A DNA stretch of 64,000 nt from an uncultured virus (IMG/VR IMGVR_UViG_3300008450_005828). Taxonomy: Duplodnaviria > Heunggongvirae > Uroviricota > Caudoviricetes. The DNA lies in the IMG/VR virus record IMGVR_UViG_3300008450_005828; one strand, given 5' to 3'. Shown here piece after piece: positions 40,201 through 51,100 of this stretch. The notes under the pieces were generated by a model. It saw only the letters and a list, made by a program, of their open reading frames with translations, had not been told where the DNA came from and did no database searches. Position 1 is the first letter of the stretch. Each line of letters begins with the position of its first letter. A program made the position numbers and the translations under genes.

Positions 40201-43200
40201 TCTTTTTCCAGTGTCATAAAAGTAGTTGTTCCAGAATCAAATGTAGTTTTGTTTGTCAACTCTGTTGAATTAGAATCTAATACATATCTTGAAACAATGT
40301 TGTTTCCAAGTTCATCGACCCCAACAACTGTAGGAGGTAAAATTTCAGAATAAGTGTCAAAAGTAGTTATAATTCTTCTATCACTATTCTTGCTAGAGAT
40401 TGCTAACTTGTTTGAATTAAAGTCAACACCATTTCCAAATGCTTCATTCTTTTCATCAAACGGACTAGACAGTGTTTGTTGAATTTGGAATGTTGAAATA
40501 TTATTAACTGTTGATTGTGCATAGACATAAACGCAACCTTTGTCAATGCCGTTGACATCGTTTGTTGGTGCACCTATAGCAATTTTTGTACCAGCGTCGT
40601 TGATTGAAATTACATGAGCAAAATCTTCTTTGCTATCTTCTGTATCAATGGATTGGGCAAATTGCCATCTATCAAGTGGCTTTCTGTATATCGAAACACG
40701 CTCTGTTATCGCAGTTAAGTCTTCGGCAATTACACCATACTGTCCTTTTGCTGCTAATACCAAAACATCACCGTGAGCGTTAACATCAAACTTTTCACCA
40801 ATGTTTTTTATGCCAAGACCAGCATCATTAAAGTCACTGTCTTGATCCCCATCGATGATGTCTGAGCGTGGAATAAATCCTGTATATTCTACATTGTTGT
40901 CGCTTACAGTCACAGATCTTTCTAATAAATCAACTTCAGTAGTCGGTGCTATAAGATCAGAAATTATTGTTCTTAATGTTCCGTTATAGAATACAATGTT
41001 ATTTCTATAATAATTTACTGTAGTTTCATACAATCCTTTGTAGTTTCTATCAACTGTGTATGTCCATTCTCCGGATAAATTATCAATAAAATAAATTCTT
41101 CCTTTGCTTACATTTTCTTCACCAGGAGCACCTACAAACAATTTGGCATTGCCATCAAGTGTATTCTTTAGAATAACTCGGTAGCCAAATCTTTCGTTTG
41201 TAGAAGGGTTAGGACTACAAATTGTGTGAGACAAGTTGTATGTACCAGAAGTATCTCTTTCGTACAAGTACACTACACCCTGTGAAGTATAAGTCGACGC
41301 AGTAGCAAGTACGCTAGTTGTTGCTTCAATAAAATATGCAGATTCCCAATCTTGATTGTCATCGGTAATTGTGCTGTCTGCATTCCAGTCCAACACGTCA
41401 ACTTTTGCTTTCCAAAGAGTTCCTCTATTTCTTACAATGTCACCCTGATCATAGTTCTCGCCAACAGTAATGTCTCCTCTAAATCTAGTTTGAACATTAC
41501 TTGCATAAGGTGCACCAACTGCAATATATTTTCCATCGGGGCTTACACTAACACTGAATCCGTATCCACCAACGCCAGTATAAACGTCAGTTGGTTCTAC
41601 TGCTTGATAAAAACTTGTAGTAAAGGATTCAATGTTTCTAGTATAGATTCTTAAAATGCCATCTCTGTCTAGTCTAGGAGATGAACTTGATATTGCAATT
41701 ACAGTATTTGATGCGTTTGCATCAAAACTATGAGAGAACCCGTCGCCTTCTTCGGTTGGGTTTAGTATCTCATCTTGTACTGCAAATATGTTTTTATTTG
41801 TATATACACCCCAGTTACCGTCACCTTTGTTGTCAATCCAGATTTTGTCACTGATGTCATTTCTTAACTGTTCAATACTTTGATTAACTGAGTTTGCATC
41901 TGCAAATCTTCTTTCAACAAATCTTGCAATTGCAACTTCTGTACTGTCTGGAGATTCGTAATCTGATGCAAAAGTTTTATCAGTTAACAAGTAAATCTTA
42001 TCGGCTACTCGTTTGTGTAGTTTATAAAAACCTTTTAGATCAGTATCTGCTGTACTGATGCCAATGATTTCACCTTCGATAAAGTCTGGTGTTGGATCGA
42101 TGGTTAAAGTTATGCCTTCAACAACAACTCCGTTGTCGTCACGATTAAAACCAAAAGGAATCTCGTTTTGGAAACCAACAATGTTGTATGGTGTTCTTGC
42201 CATACGTAATACTGTCCAATCTTGATCGTAATTTGTAATCCAGAAGAAATCACCTGCTTGATACTGTTCAATATCTAGTTGAAGAATGCCGTCATAGTCG
42301 TTGACAATCTCCGAGATTTCTTGGTCTCTAACATAGCCGTTGTCGGTTGTATATGTTTTGATATCATTTAAAATAGTAAAGGGTTTATGAGTATAATCTT
42401 CAGGCTTCTGATATGCCTGGAATGGAGCAATTTCGTAAACCAAGTCTGTTCTAGTTGGAGAAATATTATTAACCAACTCAATAATCTGTGGCTCAAGTCT
42501 ATACTTGCTTTCGTCTAATAGATATTCAACTTCCACAAGGTTATCAATTGCACCGTACTGTCCTAGACGAATTGCCCACTCTTCGTAGAATTCAAGACTA
42601 TCGGTGTTTGCACTGCTCAATGCATCGAACAGTTTTGTTAATGAATTTTTAGTACCCTTGTCTTGAATAAATCCTTGATAAAACTTGTACTGGCTTACAC
42701 TATCTGTGATAATGTTTGCAAGATATTCTCTCTTCTGGTAACCAATTAAGTGTTGTGCAAGTCGTTCCTGTTCAGTATCAAAGTTGTCTGTTTCAAGATC
42801 GTAGAAATCAGAAATCTGTGCTGCTTTGTAATCCCAGTTTGGAAGCATACGAGGTTCAGGACGTTCATCTAGTCTGTTCCAACGATTGGCATTGAAAAAT
42901 TCGTCGCTAGTGTGTTTGATGTTTGAACTGTAGAAGAATTCTTTGTACTTAACTACATCGCCGATTGCATAGTCAGTGTAAGTTGACCAATTTTTTACTT
43001 TGGCGTTGTCGTAGATAAATCCAGGAATGTTTAATCCGCCGTTCCAGTTATCGGTTCTGTAACCAACAACCTTGATACGCTCTTGTCTATAACCAGGAAT
43101 CTTATCGTAGATAACGTCATTAAACACAGTTTCATTGTCAATTAAAATAACATGTTCTTTTTGAACAAGTGGTAACTTAACTAGATAAATTCCGTCGTCA

Positions 43201-46200
43201 ATGTTAATAGGCTTAACACCAAAGGTATTTGAGTTGTCTCTAAAAATGTTTGAGAAATCTTTACTTATTTTAGATCCGTCGCCTGCTAAGATACTATATT
43301 CGTAGAATGAATCATATATATCATCTACTACAAAATACTGCTTTTCAAATACTACTTTGTTAGCAACAGGACTTACTACAAGCACTGTACTATTGTCCCA
43401 ATTTTGTGTTACCCAGAACATAAATTCTTTAACACAAAGTTTCATATCTTCTACTGCTTCAGTTTCAGTATTATAAAATTCAAATTTAAAACCACTGTCG
43501 GTTAGATACTTTTCGTATCCAAGCATAAAGTCAACTACATCTTGCACAGATTCCAACAACGAACCGTATACAAGTTGCGATACTTCTGTTTCAAAGTCTC
43601 GTCTTAGTATAGCAGTTAATCCGCCAACAATTGGCAACTCGGCAAGTTTAACAAACTTTGTTGAATCAAACTCATCAGTGCTGGTGTGTGTAATTTTAGT
43701 TCTGTAATAAAAAGCGTTGTAAAGAACTACTAATCCAGAAACATAATCTTTTCCAGAATCCCATTCAACAAACTTTTCACTAATTCCACCAACTGTTATA
43801 GACGGATCTACAGTTCTGTCTTTTGGAGTATAATAATTAAAGACCGGATCTTCTTTGTCGTATCCAGAAATTACATATCCTGATTCAGTTTTTTCAATAA
43901 TAATACCACTTAGTACCGCAGTTTCTAAAGGACTGCTGGTATTAAGTATAACCTGATAGTTTTCGTCCGGCACAAATACGCTGCTTTTGTTAAGCGGACT
44001 TCTACTGTCTAGAACTAGTTTTAGTTTTGACTTGTCTGTGAATCCGCCTAGTTTAATTGCCAGTTGATTTGTTAGATTGGTTAATTGTTCTTTATAGTCT
44101 GTGTATCTAATAGCAACTCTACTTGCCATATAGTTACTAACATAATTAACTAGTCCAGATGTTAGATTTAACGTGTCGTTTAACGATATAGCAGGAAATA
44201 CTAAATCAGAAAGTGCAATTCTCTTTTGTGTATCTTTGTAGATAATGTTACCTGCAAGGTCACGTTCTGTTCTGCTATAATCGTAACCAAGTCCAATTAT
44301 CTTTGATGGTTGTAGCAGTATCCATGCAGTTAATAAACTAAACGGATATTCGCTGCTACGTCTCCATGCTGTTTCAACTGGTGCTTGATCTCCAAATGTA
44401 AAGACGTTCTTTGATTCTGTTAGAATAAAGTTCTTTGCAATGTTGCTTTCTAATGGGCTTAGTAAACGACCGTACTCGTCTACTGGAATATAAGTTAATA
44501 GATCCAGTCTTTGGTATTTTTTATTTCTAATAACTGCTTTACCGGGCTCTCTAACAATACCCTGTGACAGGTCTCTCCAGAGAACAAGATTGTCCTTGGT
44601 GTACGGTGCAGCGCCGTACACTGATTCCCACCAAGTTGGTTTAATTGTAAAACCAATCATTTCCCACGGATTGGTGTGCGGTCTATCTGTGTCATAATAG
44701 AACTTGTAGATACTTCTCCAGTAACCAGTTAACGGGTTGCTGTCTTTGTCTGTGGTTCTAGAATAGTTAAAAGTAAACGAATTCTCGTTGTTCCAAAAGT
44801 TGTGTTCTGCAAAGTTTGGATTTCCAGCGATGTCAAGCCATTGAGAAAAATCTGCTGTCATTGCACGATTTATATCTGTGATAGAAAATCCTGTTGATCT
44901 ACTAATACTAGGAACAAAGTCGTTGATATCTACTAAATCAGTATTGTACTGTGTTTTAATATTATTAAAGATTCTATATTCAAGTTCAAGAATAAGTTCG
45001 TCTCTATAATCATCAAATGCTAGAGTAAGACTGCCATCGTGACCCTGTATCATTCGTCTTGGAGTTGCATAAGTATTATCTTCAATGATAACAGGATGAT
45101 ACTTAGGATACAATCCTATTTTTGTTGGCGTAGGAGGAATATGCAACCCGTTGGTTGATTCGTATTCATAAACTTCGATTAAGTCACCGTCTTGTAAATC
45201 AAGTGTTACATAAACAAAACTATCAGTGAATGTGTAATCTCTTTCATGCAACAACTGTTCACTGTTCAAGTAAACATTTACTGCTTTTGTTGAAAGAGAA
45301 GTTAGATTGAAATTTTGTGATAGTGCAAAATATGCAGGACCGTTGTATTCGATAGTATGAATTGTTTTTCTTGCTGCACCAAATCCAATCATGTCTCCAA
45401 AATAAAATGGTCTAGAAGATATAAAATCTTTTTTGATAGTGCTTAAAATTAAGTCAACATGATCTTTTACAGGTCCATGAAATCCTGTCTTTTCTGCTTC
45501 GTATAAAAACTTTCTTTTAAATTTTGCATACTCTTTACGAGCATATCTAATACTTTTTATAATATTAGAATTTTTATCAGTCATGTGGTACAACGAGAGA
45601 TTAACAGGACCACTGTGTTGTACAAACTTTTGTCCGTATGCTGTTACGTTTCCTAAGTCTCTTAGATTGGAGATTCCAGGAAACGATCCAGTGTATTCCG
45701 CAACTTCTTCAATAATACTTTCAACGTGATCGTTTACTTCACCTAAAGTAAATGTTGTTATATTTTCATTCAATGGATTCTTTTCAAAGTTTATAGGAAC
45801 TTCGTAAAATCCTTTTGAATTTTTAGGAGCCGCACTATAACACTTTAATAAAACAATATCATCTACTGTTGCGTTTACAGTTAAAACAACTGTTGCAAAT
45901 CCATTGATGTTTTGTATTGTAAAATCTTTGTTTAGTTCTTTTCTTGTTCCGTTGATAAAGACTTTTACAAACAAGTCAGTCAAACTTCCGCTGTTATTAT
46001 AAACGTCAACTCGGAAATTATTAACTTGACTCGAAACGTTGTACTGTCTAACCACAGCCTGTTTGCTGTTTGCAATTGCCTTTTTCCAACCGTTTACATA
46101 TACAAAGTCTGTGCCTGCTGAATTATACTTTTTTAAATATCCTACGTCTGTAAAGATATTTGCTGCGCCCGAAGGTTCAATCTGATATTCTACTGATTCA

Positions 46201-48155
46201 CTTAAAAGATTAAATTCAAAAACAATGTCGCCTACATTGGTAATATTTCTATAGGTTAGAGAAAACCCTAATTCAGAATCTGCTGTACCTGTGCCAACTT
46301 TATAAGAAAATACTTTATTTCCTCTAAAGTTATTAGCAGGATAAACCAAGTTATCATTAAAACTATTTTCGTCTTTGTCAAATAAATCAAACGTTGGTGC
46401 TTGGTTTACACTGGTTTTTTCTTGTGACTGTTTCCACTGTGTTCCGTTGTACCAGAACATTTTTCCTTTATAGTCAATACCATCAAGAATTAAAACTGCA
46501 TCATCTGTTGCTGGTGCAGAATCTTCAGTTTCTACTAGCGAAATTTGTCTACGACCGTTGTGTGTAATAAATCGTACTTCGTAAATTTTTCCATTAACCA
46601 AGATGTCGGTATCAGCAGCAAAAATAACACGCATGCCGTCAACTAAATCAACTTGATCAACGTTATACCCAAGCGATCCTTCAACTGTGGAAAATACATC
46701 TGTTGTATAAGTGTCAATTAGATTTACATTTTTCTTTGCTTTTGTGCCGTGATTGAAAAGTTTCAATCCTGCTTCAAATTCTATAATAGGACGTTTTGCT
46801 CTAGCATCTTCGTCAATTACAACCGGAAGATTATTTGCAGCAAATGATGCTTCAATTAAAGATCTATGGAACCAACGATTGTAACGAGCCCATGGATTTC
46901 GATCGGCACTGACTCTGTTAATTACAATATAGTCCTTGGTGCCAGGAAACGATGTTGCATCTTCGTAAGGATATTGGTCAAATCCAAAGTTTTCACCGTC
47001 AAATGGAATTTCAAACAGTGTAGTAAAAATTGCAGGTACTTCGAGATCTTGTTCTGCAACAAGTTGAATAGAATTACCCACACCTTCGACATAGAAATAA
47101 CCTTCAGAATAAGTTGCCGGAGTAACCAATCCTTTGAAAGATAATTTCATACCGTTGCTTAGTTCAACGCCACTACTTGTTTTGTAAGTTTTTTTACCAA
47201 CAATTTCTTTTTCAACGTCAATGAATGAATTTTCAACAATGTTGTTTACTGAAAAAATACCGCTAACGTTGACATCGTTTTTGCTTATGTAATACAATGC
47301 TTCTGGTGCATCATCAGGTACAGTAAATTCTATTACACCAGTTTCGATATACTCGTCTGTGGTTTCTATAAGATTACCAAATACATCTCTAGTGTAAACA
47401 ACTACACCTTTTTTATAAAGTGTACTTTGATTTACAAAGTCAGTTCCAACTGTAGGATCATTATCCAGGAAAGTTCTTAGTATTGCAATAGAGAACGGAT
47501 GACCTAGTGTGTTAATTTCAAATCTATAAGTTTGTCCTTTGTAAAGTTTAACTGTGGGATTTCTTAGCACTGGAGCACTTGGAAATTCATCTGTGGAAAA
47601 TACATATGCAAAATTGTCTGCATCTTCAATTAACGAAACAGAATATGTGCTTACAACTTCTCTGGTTTGTCCTACAACATCCACAGGTACTGGACCTATA
47701 GGTAGCCAATAGTATTCTCTAAAATTAGTAAACTTGTCCCAGTCTATGTGTGGATCCCAAGAATAGAATTCTTGACTGTTTAAAATACTGTGATTGCTCG
47801 CTGAACCTTTAAAGTTTTTAATTTGTCCAATATAATCATTGTAATCTTTATAAAACTCAACATTGCCTAGTTCGTCTTTGTATAAAGAAACCGGTTCAAA
47901 CTGATAATTTTCTCTATCTACTGTAAAGTCAGGAAGATAACTGTCATTTGTAGTTGCTGCAACTGAGTAACGTCTACCAACAAACGAGTTGATTTTTTCT
48001 ACCACACCCGGTTGGATCATTTGATCAACAGTGCTACCTAAGAACTTTCTATTTGTATCAGTTCTAAAGTACTTCGGCAAAAATGTTGCCGAAGTTATAG
48101 AATTGTTATTTCCTGCTGGTAAGGGAAAATCTTCTTGTTCTTTATCGTATGCCAT
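34287..48155 (-). CDS. Giant virion structural protein (4622 aa), in the baseplate wedge (gp7-like) position
   Basis: Uninterrupted 13.9-kb ORF directly downstream of the gp6-like gene; FG-GAP-like repeats, G.GY...P repeats, W...Y..G..V.Y repeats. Confidence 0.75.
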   Translation of the reverse strand: MAYDKEQEDFPLPAGNNNSITSATFLPKYFRTDTNRKFLGSTVDQMIQPGVVEKINSFVGRRYSVAATTNDSYLPDFTVDRENYQFEPVSLYKDELGNVEFYKDYNDYIGQIKNFKGSASNHSILNSQEFYSWDPHIDWDKFTNFREYYWLPIGPVPVDVVGQTREVVSTYSVSLIEDADNFAYVFSTDEFPSAPVLRNPTVKLYKGQTYRFEINTLGHPFSIAILRTFLDNDPTVGTDFVNQSTLYKKGVVVYTRDVFGNLIETTDEYIETGVIEFTVPDDAPEALYYISKNDVNVSGIFSVNNIVENSFIDVEKEIVGKKTYKTSSGVELSNGMKLSFKGLVTPATYSEGYFYVEGVGNSIQLVAEQDLEVPAIFTTLFEIPFDGENFGFDQYPYEDATSFPGTKDYIVINRVSADRNPWARYNRWFHRSLIEASFAANNLPVVIDEDARAKRPIIEFEAGLKLFNHGTKAKKNVNLIDTYTTDVFSTVEGSLGYNVDQVDLVDGMRVIFAADTDILVNGKIYEVRFITHNGRRQISLVETEDSAPATDDAVLILDGIDYKGKMFWYNGTQWKQSQEKTSVNQAPTFDLFDKDENSFNDNLVYPANNFRGNKVFSYKVGTGTADSELGFSLTYRNITNVGDIVFEFNLLSESVEYQIEPSGAANIFTDVGYLKKYNSAGTDFVYVNGWKKAIANSKQAVVRQYNVSSQVNNFRVDVYNNSGSLTDLFVKVFINGTRKELNKDFTIQNINGFATVVLTVNATVDDIVLLKCYSAAPKNSKGFYEVPINFEKNPLNENITTFTLGEVNDHVESIIEEVAEYTGSFPGISNLRDLGNVTAYGQKFVQHSGPVNLSLYHMTDKNSNIIKSIRYARKEYAKFKRKFLYEAEKTGFHGPVKDHVDLILSTIKKDFISSRPFYFGDMIGFGAARKTIHTIEYNGPAYFALSQNFNLTSLSTKAVNVYLNSEQLLHERDYTFTDSFVYVTLDLQDGDLIEVYEYESTNGLHIPPTPTKIGLYPKYHPVIIEDNTYATPRRMIQGHDGSLTLAFDDYRDELILELEYRIFNNIKTQYNTDLVDINDFVPSISRSTGFSITDINRAMTADFSQWLDIAGNPNFAEHNFWNNENSFTFNYSRTTDKDSNPLTGYWRSIYKFYYDTDRPHTNPWEMIGFTIKPTWWESVYGAAPYTKDNLVLWRDLSQGIVREPGKAVIRNKKYQRLDLLTYIPVDEYGRLLSPLESNIAKNFILTESKNVFTFGDQAPVETAWRRSSEYPFSLLTAWILLQPSKIIGLGYDYSRTERDLAGNIIYKDTQKRIALSDLVFPAISLNDTLNLTSGLVNYVSNYMASRVAIRYTDYKEQLTNLTNQLAIKLGGFTDKSKLKLVLDSRSPLNKSSVFVPDENYQVILNTSSPLETAVLSGIIIEKTESGYVISGYDKEDPVFNYYTPKDRTVDPSITVGGISEKFVEWDSGKDYVSGLVVLYNAFYYRTKITHTSTDEFDSTKFVKLAELPIVGGLTAILRRDFETEVSQLVYGSLLESVQDVVDFMLGYEKYLTDSGFKFEFYNTETEAVEDMKLCVKEFMFWVTQNWDNSTVLVVSPVANKVVFEKQYFVVDDIYDSFYEYSILAGDGSKISKDFSNIFRDNSNTFGVKPINIDDGIYLVKLPLVQKEHVILIDNETVFNDVIYDKIPGYRQERIKVVGYRTDNWNGGLNIPGFIYDNAKVKNWSTYTDYAIGDVVKYKEFFYSSNIKHTSDEFFNANRWNRLDERPEPRMLPNWDYKAAQISDFYDLETDNFDTEQERLAQHLIGYQKREYLANIITDSVSQYKFYQGFIQDKGTKNSLTKLFDALSSANTDSLEFYEEWAIRLGQYGAIDNLVEVEYLLDESKYRLEPQIIELVNNISPTRTDLVYEIAPFQAYQKPEDYTHKPFTILNDIKTYTTDNGYVRDQEISEIVNDYDGILQLDIEQYQAGDFFWITNYDQDWTVLRMARTPYNIVGFQNEIPFGFNRDDNGVVVEGITLTIDPTPDFIEGEIIGISTADTDLKGFYKLHKRVADKIYLLTDKTFASDYESPDSTEVAIARFVERRFADANSVNQSIEQLRNDISDKIWIDNKGDGNWGVYTNKNIFAVQDEILNPTEEGDGFSHSFDANASNTVIAISSSSPRLDRDGILRIYTRNIESFTTSFYQAVEPTDVYTGVGGYGFSVSVSPDGKYIAVGAPYASNVQTRFRGDITVGENYDQGDIVRNRGTLWKAKVDVLDWNADSTITDDNQDWESAYFIEATTSVLATASTYTSQGVVYLYERDTSGTYNLSHTICSPNPSTNERFGYRVILKNTLDGNAKLFVGAPGEENVSKGRIYFIDNLSGEWTYTVDRNYKGLYETTVNYYRNNIVFYNGTLRTIISDLIAPTTEVDLLERSVTVSDNNVEYTGFIPRSDIIDGDQDSDFNDAGLGIKNIGEKFDVNAHGDVLVLAAKGQYGVIAEDLTAITERVSIYRKPLDRWQFAQSIDTEDSKEDFAHVISINDAGTKIAIGAPTNDVNGIDKGCVYVYAQSTVNNISTFQIQQTLSSPFDEKNEAFGNGVDFNSNKLAISSKNSDRRIITTFDTYSEILPPTVVGVDELGNNIVSRYVLDSNSTELTNKTTFDSGTTTFMTLEKDVGRIGVFQEIGDYYIYGEDLQYNRNTKYNNISNFKLNDNHIYIGLPKLNPSTTLDNDLVGNYNLTEDSSLGVFADLRAPKNTNSWELLTAQSEKTDLSKIQRVFLYSADLNDILTSVDLIDPRQGKIAGPAEQEITWKTFYDPAIYSNNEENNPSVVVDSSSNWAEENVGKLWWDLSTASWYNSYQGDSQYRISTWNKLIPGASIDVYEWVGTKYTPSEWNSRADSNRGFAEGISGTTKYDNTVYSTKKIYDPVAGSFRTKYYYWVKSKRIVPTNILRSISAFDVEQLIADPAGQGYRFAAIIGEDSFALYNLKNFVEGTNTVLHFTFLKDAELQTNIHSEYQLLTEGLGTSKINSEIEQKWFDSLIGYDINNKTVPDPLLSAKQKYGIFNRPRQSMFINRLEAVKQFVERVNSVLIQYQIVDNFDISNLLAVDEKPSINTGKYDIVVDTVLELDSVGVAKVQQAVLTPIIVNGKITGATIVDPGRGYRVAPNIEIDDNSGTGAILKATINNLGQITSVFVRSSGNNYTGSTRLTVRKFSALVNVDSEIGGRWAIYVWDKLTKTWSRSDNQAFDTTRYWDYVDWYADGYNSLTAVDHVVDQSYELFGTEADIGEIVKINTIGTGGWLLLEKIDNIPTEDYTVNYKTIGRQNGTIQLSTRLYDYATKTSGYDANVFDITFYDREPVFELRNILTALRDDIFIGELETEYNRLFFAGLRYAFAEQPNIDWAFKTSFVRAKHNLGSLAQKVTFQNDNLENYEDYVNEVKPYHTKVREYISSYDRMEPTRSLTTDFDLPPSYNDVTKEIETSYAKLRNGEVVDLLPKYVDYPFKSWLDNNGYDIVRIEVTEPGSGYKETPVVEIINSNGTTAKAYLSKGSVSTIEITNTGDKYYVSPEIVINGSLEENGTPAKAVAILGNSKVRSTHMVIKFDRVTGSYLYTDLSEIETFTGTGAKEKFVLKWPMDLRTNKYSVYVNGILQLSSKYTVGNDKDTTKTYNRLIGYVEFVDAPAIGATVEIRYEKSVAMLTAADRINFFYNPTTGMAGKDLAQLMDGIEYSGVKIDTYGFGTEQGFDSAGFASLPWDTFDNQYEDEIFVLDGSTNTFELSQPLENDVEYNLYLNGVRLDDPNFETSGVVTNPNAVMQTIVGDGITTTVIINEEAITTIANDVIIIRKVTSDGSYQPSDNSFDTSLIGGNFAGTTATGIAAEDIVIDGDGFVTATTSKGPEELVPGQMYDTLDIRVYHRTSDGTGIIGVASYNIDGSTYTFDLPSIPQSEDAVIVKIDNQFLMPTQYVIDYANHTLTFEDSTQLVGSALSIMTIGTNGANLLDTDYFVSDGSTTQLLTGITWTDELSSFVTINGKVMILGSDYSLVKSTTADGAANRIKIVFDSSVLTEGAFVQYSLYNSTVKSYSQVSIDKTFASDGVENYHVLESEPFNYDPISHNIVVKINNRILQPGYSISYTTTSNRVYDIEAWQFDDTTAIDSADVLVFADRVQLTEEQFTYDPVNGRIVLLRNDIATAGSRLDIYIVKNAAYYFLDTNIVFSSNVSTLISVGDTVELTSVFTGDTYTAVAIAVQATEVTFASKQPEIKDAYIVDNEFVVSVGSSSITTQIETVEYVLSKNLTFVIPPSSGETVEIYQFSNHDINNFERITYTVVPDAVIPIDSPDYIKRNLISSGYIPLRGNISSANYAWVAVNEVLLTPNVDYALVESKNAIQLVNSLSANDVVDVIQFGNTPITQRFGYRIFKDMLNRTHYKRLNQKNSYVLASPLNWYDVRILLDDVTGMFVPNRAQNIPGVVFVEGERIEYFEINGNALLQLRRGTLGTGVKDIYATGTIAQGQGPNETVNYNDNFLIQTIRTNDSTTTTEYSLNFVPQSVNEIEVFVAGRRLRKTTLSVYNAALNLDSNEADVVLPAEYTVNNGNLILAIAPPNDVDIRIVRKLGRTWVDSGESLTTSENSIARFLREATIQLPK

Positions 48156-51100
48156 TAGTAAATGAAGCCTCCAGTAGTAGATGTGGTATCTGTACCACTT
48201 TGTATTCCAGTATTAGTTACGTTAGACGATGTTACAATTGCACCAGAGGATCTAATTCTGTCTGCTGTAATAGCAGATATAACTTCAACGTCGTCAACTG
48301 TTGCACTGCTTATAAAAATTTCATCTGCTTCGGATTTAACTTCATAAAGACTTCCAAATGCACTGGTTGATGCTCGAGGAACAATAATTATTGAACTTAG
48401 ATCAGGTGATAACTCTTTCATAATATAAGCAGACATTTCGCTCCAATAAAATGTTTCGCCGAACTCCCAATTGTCTAAGTTAAAGAATTGATTAATTGCT
48501 GTAATAACTCTGGACTTTAGGTCATTGTCGTTTACAACTCTTTCTGTATTTTTTACAATTTTAAAAACTGCTTGCAATGATGTCTCACTTTTGCTACCAA
48601 AAAGAATTTTATATTTTACTGGGTGATAGATAATTTCATCACTGATAGATTTGATAGCATTTATCTTTTCGCCATAACTTCTAAATAGTTGATCGCTGCT
48701 CAACGGCAACGGAACTGAGGTTACAGTTCCGTCAAGGTATTGTCTAAAACTAATATCATACTGTTTTGTTAAAATATAAGAATCAATGATGTTTGTACTA
48801 CTTGGATCTATTCTATTATTTTCGTCGCTGGCATGAATATATTGAAATTTAATTACGTCGCGACCTGTATATGCTCTGTAATCATAAAGAGTAGTCAACG
48901 ATCTTGAAGCACTGTTTAGTTGCTCAAATGTGTCTGTGGAAATTATATAAAAAATAGGATTGTTTTCTGCTGTGGTATTAATTTCTGCTCTACTGTTAAC
49001 GGTAATTATGTTTTCAGTTTCTGCGTTAACATAAACTAAAAATTCGCTATTATTGATTACCACTTTCTTATTAAAGATGTATGTTGTTGTATTAACAATT
49101 TCATCAAATATTTGCGGATCGTCAATAACGCCGTCGTCGTCACTGTCAAAGAAGGCAACTTCAACTTTTTTACTGTCAACGTATCCGTCAGTGTCTCTAT
49201 ACTCTTTGGTAACTTCCCAGTCAAAATCTCTAGTTAACGGACTTGTACCTGTACCAGAATTTACATTATTATTAATGTTTAAAACTGTAATCTTGTCTTT
49301 GATAATTGTGCCGGTTTTGCTATCATATATTTTTTTTGAACTATCAAAATAGAAACGTATTTCAGCATCACTTTCAAATACATATCTAAGTGTTCTATAA
49401 GTTACAGTATATGTAGATCCGTCAGTTTCAAATAAAACAATCCAACTGCTGTCCTGCTGTTGTCCTGTTGTATCTCCTGCAAGTCCTAAACTAAAGTCTC
49501 CAACAATATTCAAGTTTTCTTGAGTAATCACTGCCCACTGACGATTTTCTCTATCGTATCTTAAACCAAATGTTCTATAAGCAAAAATCTGATCAATCAT
49601 ATCTACAATAACATCGTCGACAATATCTCTTACAAATTTTGGTTTTATCTGCACTAGTTTAGAATTGTTAGGAATTATGTCATTGAAAATAATAGGACCT
49701 AATCCTGATGTTGTTACTGTTGTTCCATTTTCAAATACACTTACAACTTTAACCCATTTATAACTAGACGAGTTTTTAGCGTTTGGATTTGTAGTTGTAG
49801 TACCATCCGGTAAGAAATACTTGCCAGTTTCAGGAATAAACTTTACCATAGCACCTGGTTCTAAGAAACGAAGAGGTCCTTCTGTAAAACTACCTACAGA
49901 ATAAACAATATCCGAAGAATCCTTGATATATCCTGTTGATCTGTTTGTGTCGGAAGTTGTTAAATTCCATTTTAAATTAAGTTCAGCATATTCTTGATTT
50001 GGAAATTCTGCAAGATAAAAATTTCTAACATTTTTATCACCAAGAATGTCGGTGATTTGATTTTCAATTACACTTTCAATATCTGTTCTTGTTAAAAATT
50101 TAAATGTTGATTTTTCGTCAAGGTATTCTCTATAAAGAACACCGTCGGTGCCAAACATATTGGTTTTGCTGTATTTTCCAGTAGCATCCAATATATCATA
50201 ATATCTACTGATTCCACTAGCAGTTCTGTTTACGGATTTTACTTTAACAATATCTTGACTTACACCAAGTGGACCAATATTATAATCTTCGCCGGTTATA
50301 AGTCTGTTTTGTGTGTAGTATGTTGCAGGAGCATTATTTTTAATATTCTCTGACGATTCAGAACTTGCACCGTTATCAACTGCAACTTTTAGTTCACAAA
50401 TAATTGTTAATGTTTCTGTTCTTCCAATTCTACTAATATAAGGAATTCTTAGTGTAACATTAGTAATACTTGCAGGAAGAATTGTAAAGTCTCTGTTTAT
50501 ACTTGTTCTATAATAAGAACGGAATGTTCCTTTTGGCAAGTTACCAAAAATACCATCAGAAAACACTAAACTAACTCTGTCATCAACTCTAGTTAAAACA
50601 CTAAAAATATTTTTAATGTTTTTAGCAAGACTGTTGTAAACAATGTTGTTGCCTTCAACTGCTTCAACTTTTGTCCACAACTCGGATTCGTTTCCGTTTG
50701 CATCTAACTTATAAAGCCAAACGTCTGAATCGTTGATATTAGAAATGTCAACATCAATTTTTTGATTCGGAACTGGAAAATCTATTGTAAATTCTCCACG
50801 CTGCAACGAACCTTGTCTAAAATGTAAAAAGAATCCAGTTGAATTACTGCCTGCACCTTGTCCATTATCTCTATATAAAAATGCCAATTGGTTTTCCGGC
50901 AACGGCGGCTCTTCAACAATAGAACCATTTTCAACTCCAGCACTTACTACTTCAAATTCCATCGAAGTGTTGTTAATGGATTTTGTAAATGCATACACAG
51001 GCACTGTTGTACCTGTTCCAGCAAATCTATATTGTTCTGTTGGAATACCTGCTACACTGTCTAATTTAATCGGACGTCCAAAAGTATTTTGTACAGGCAT

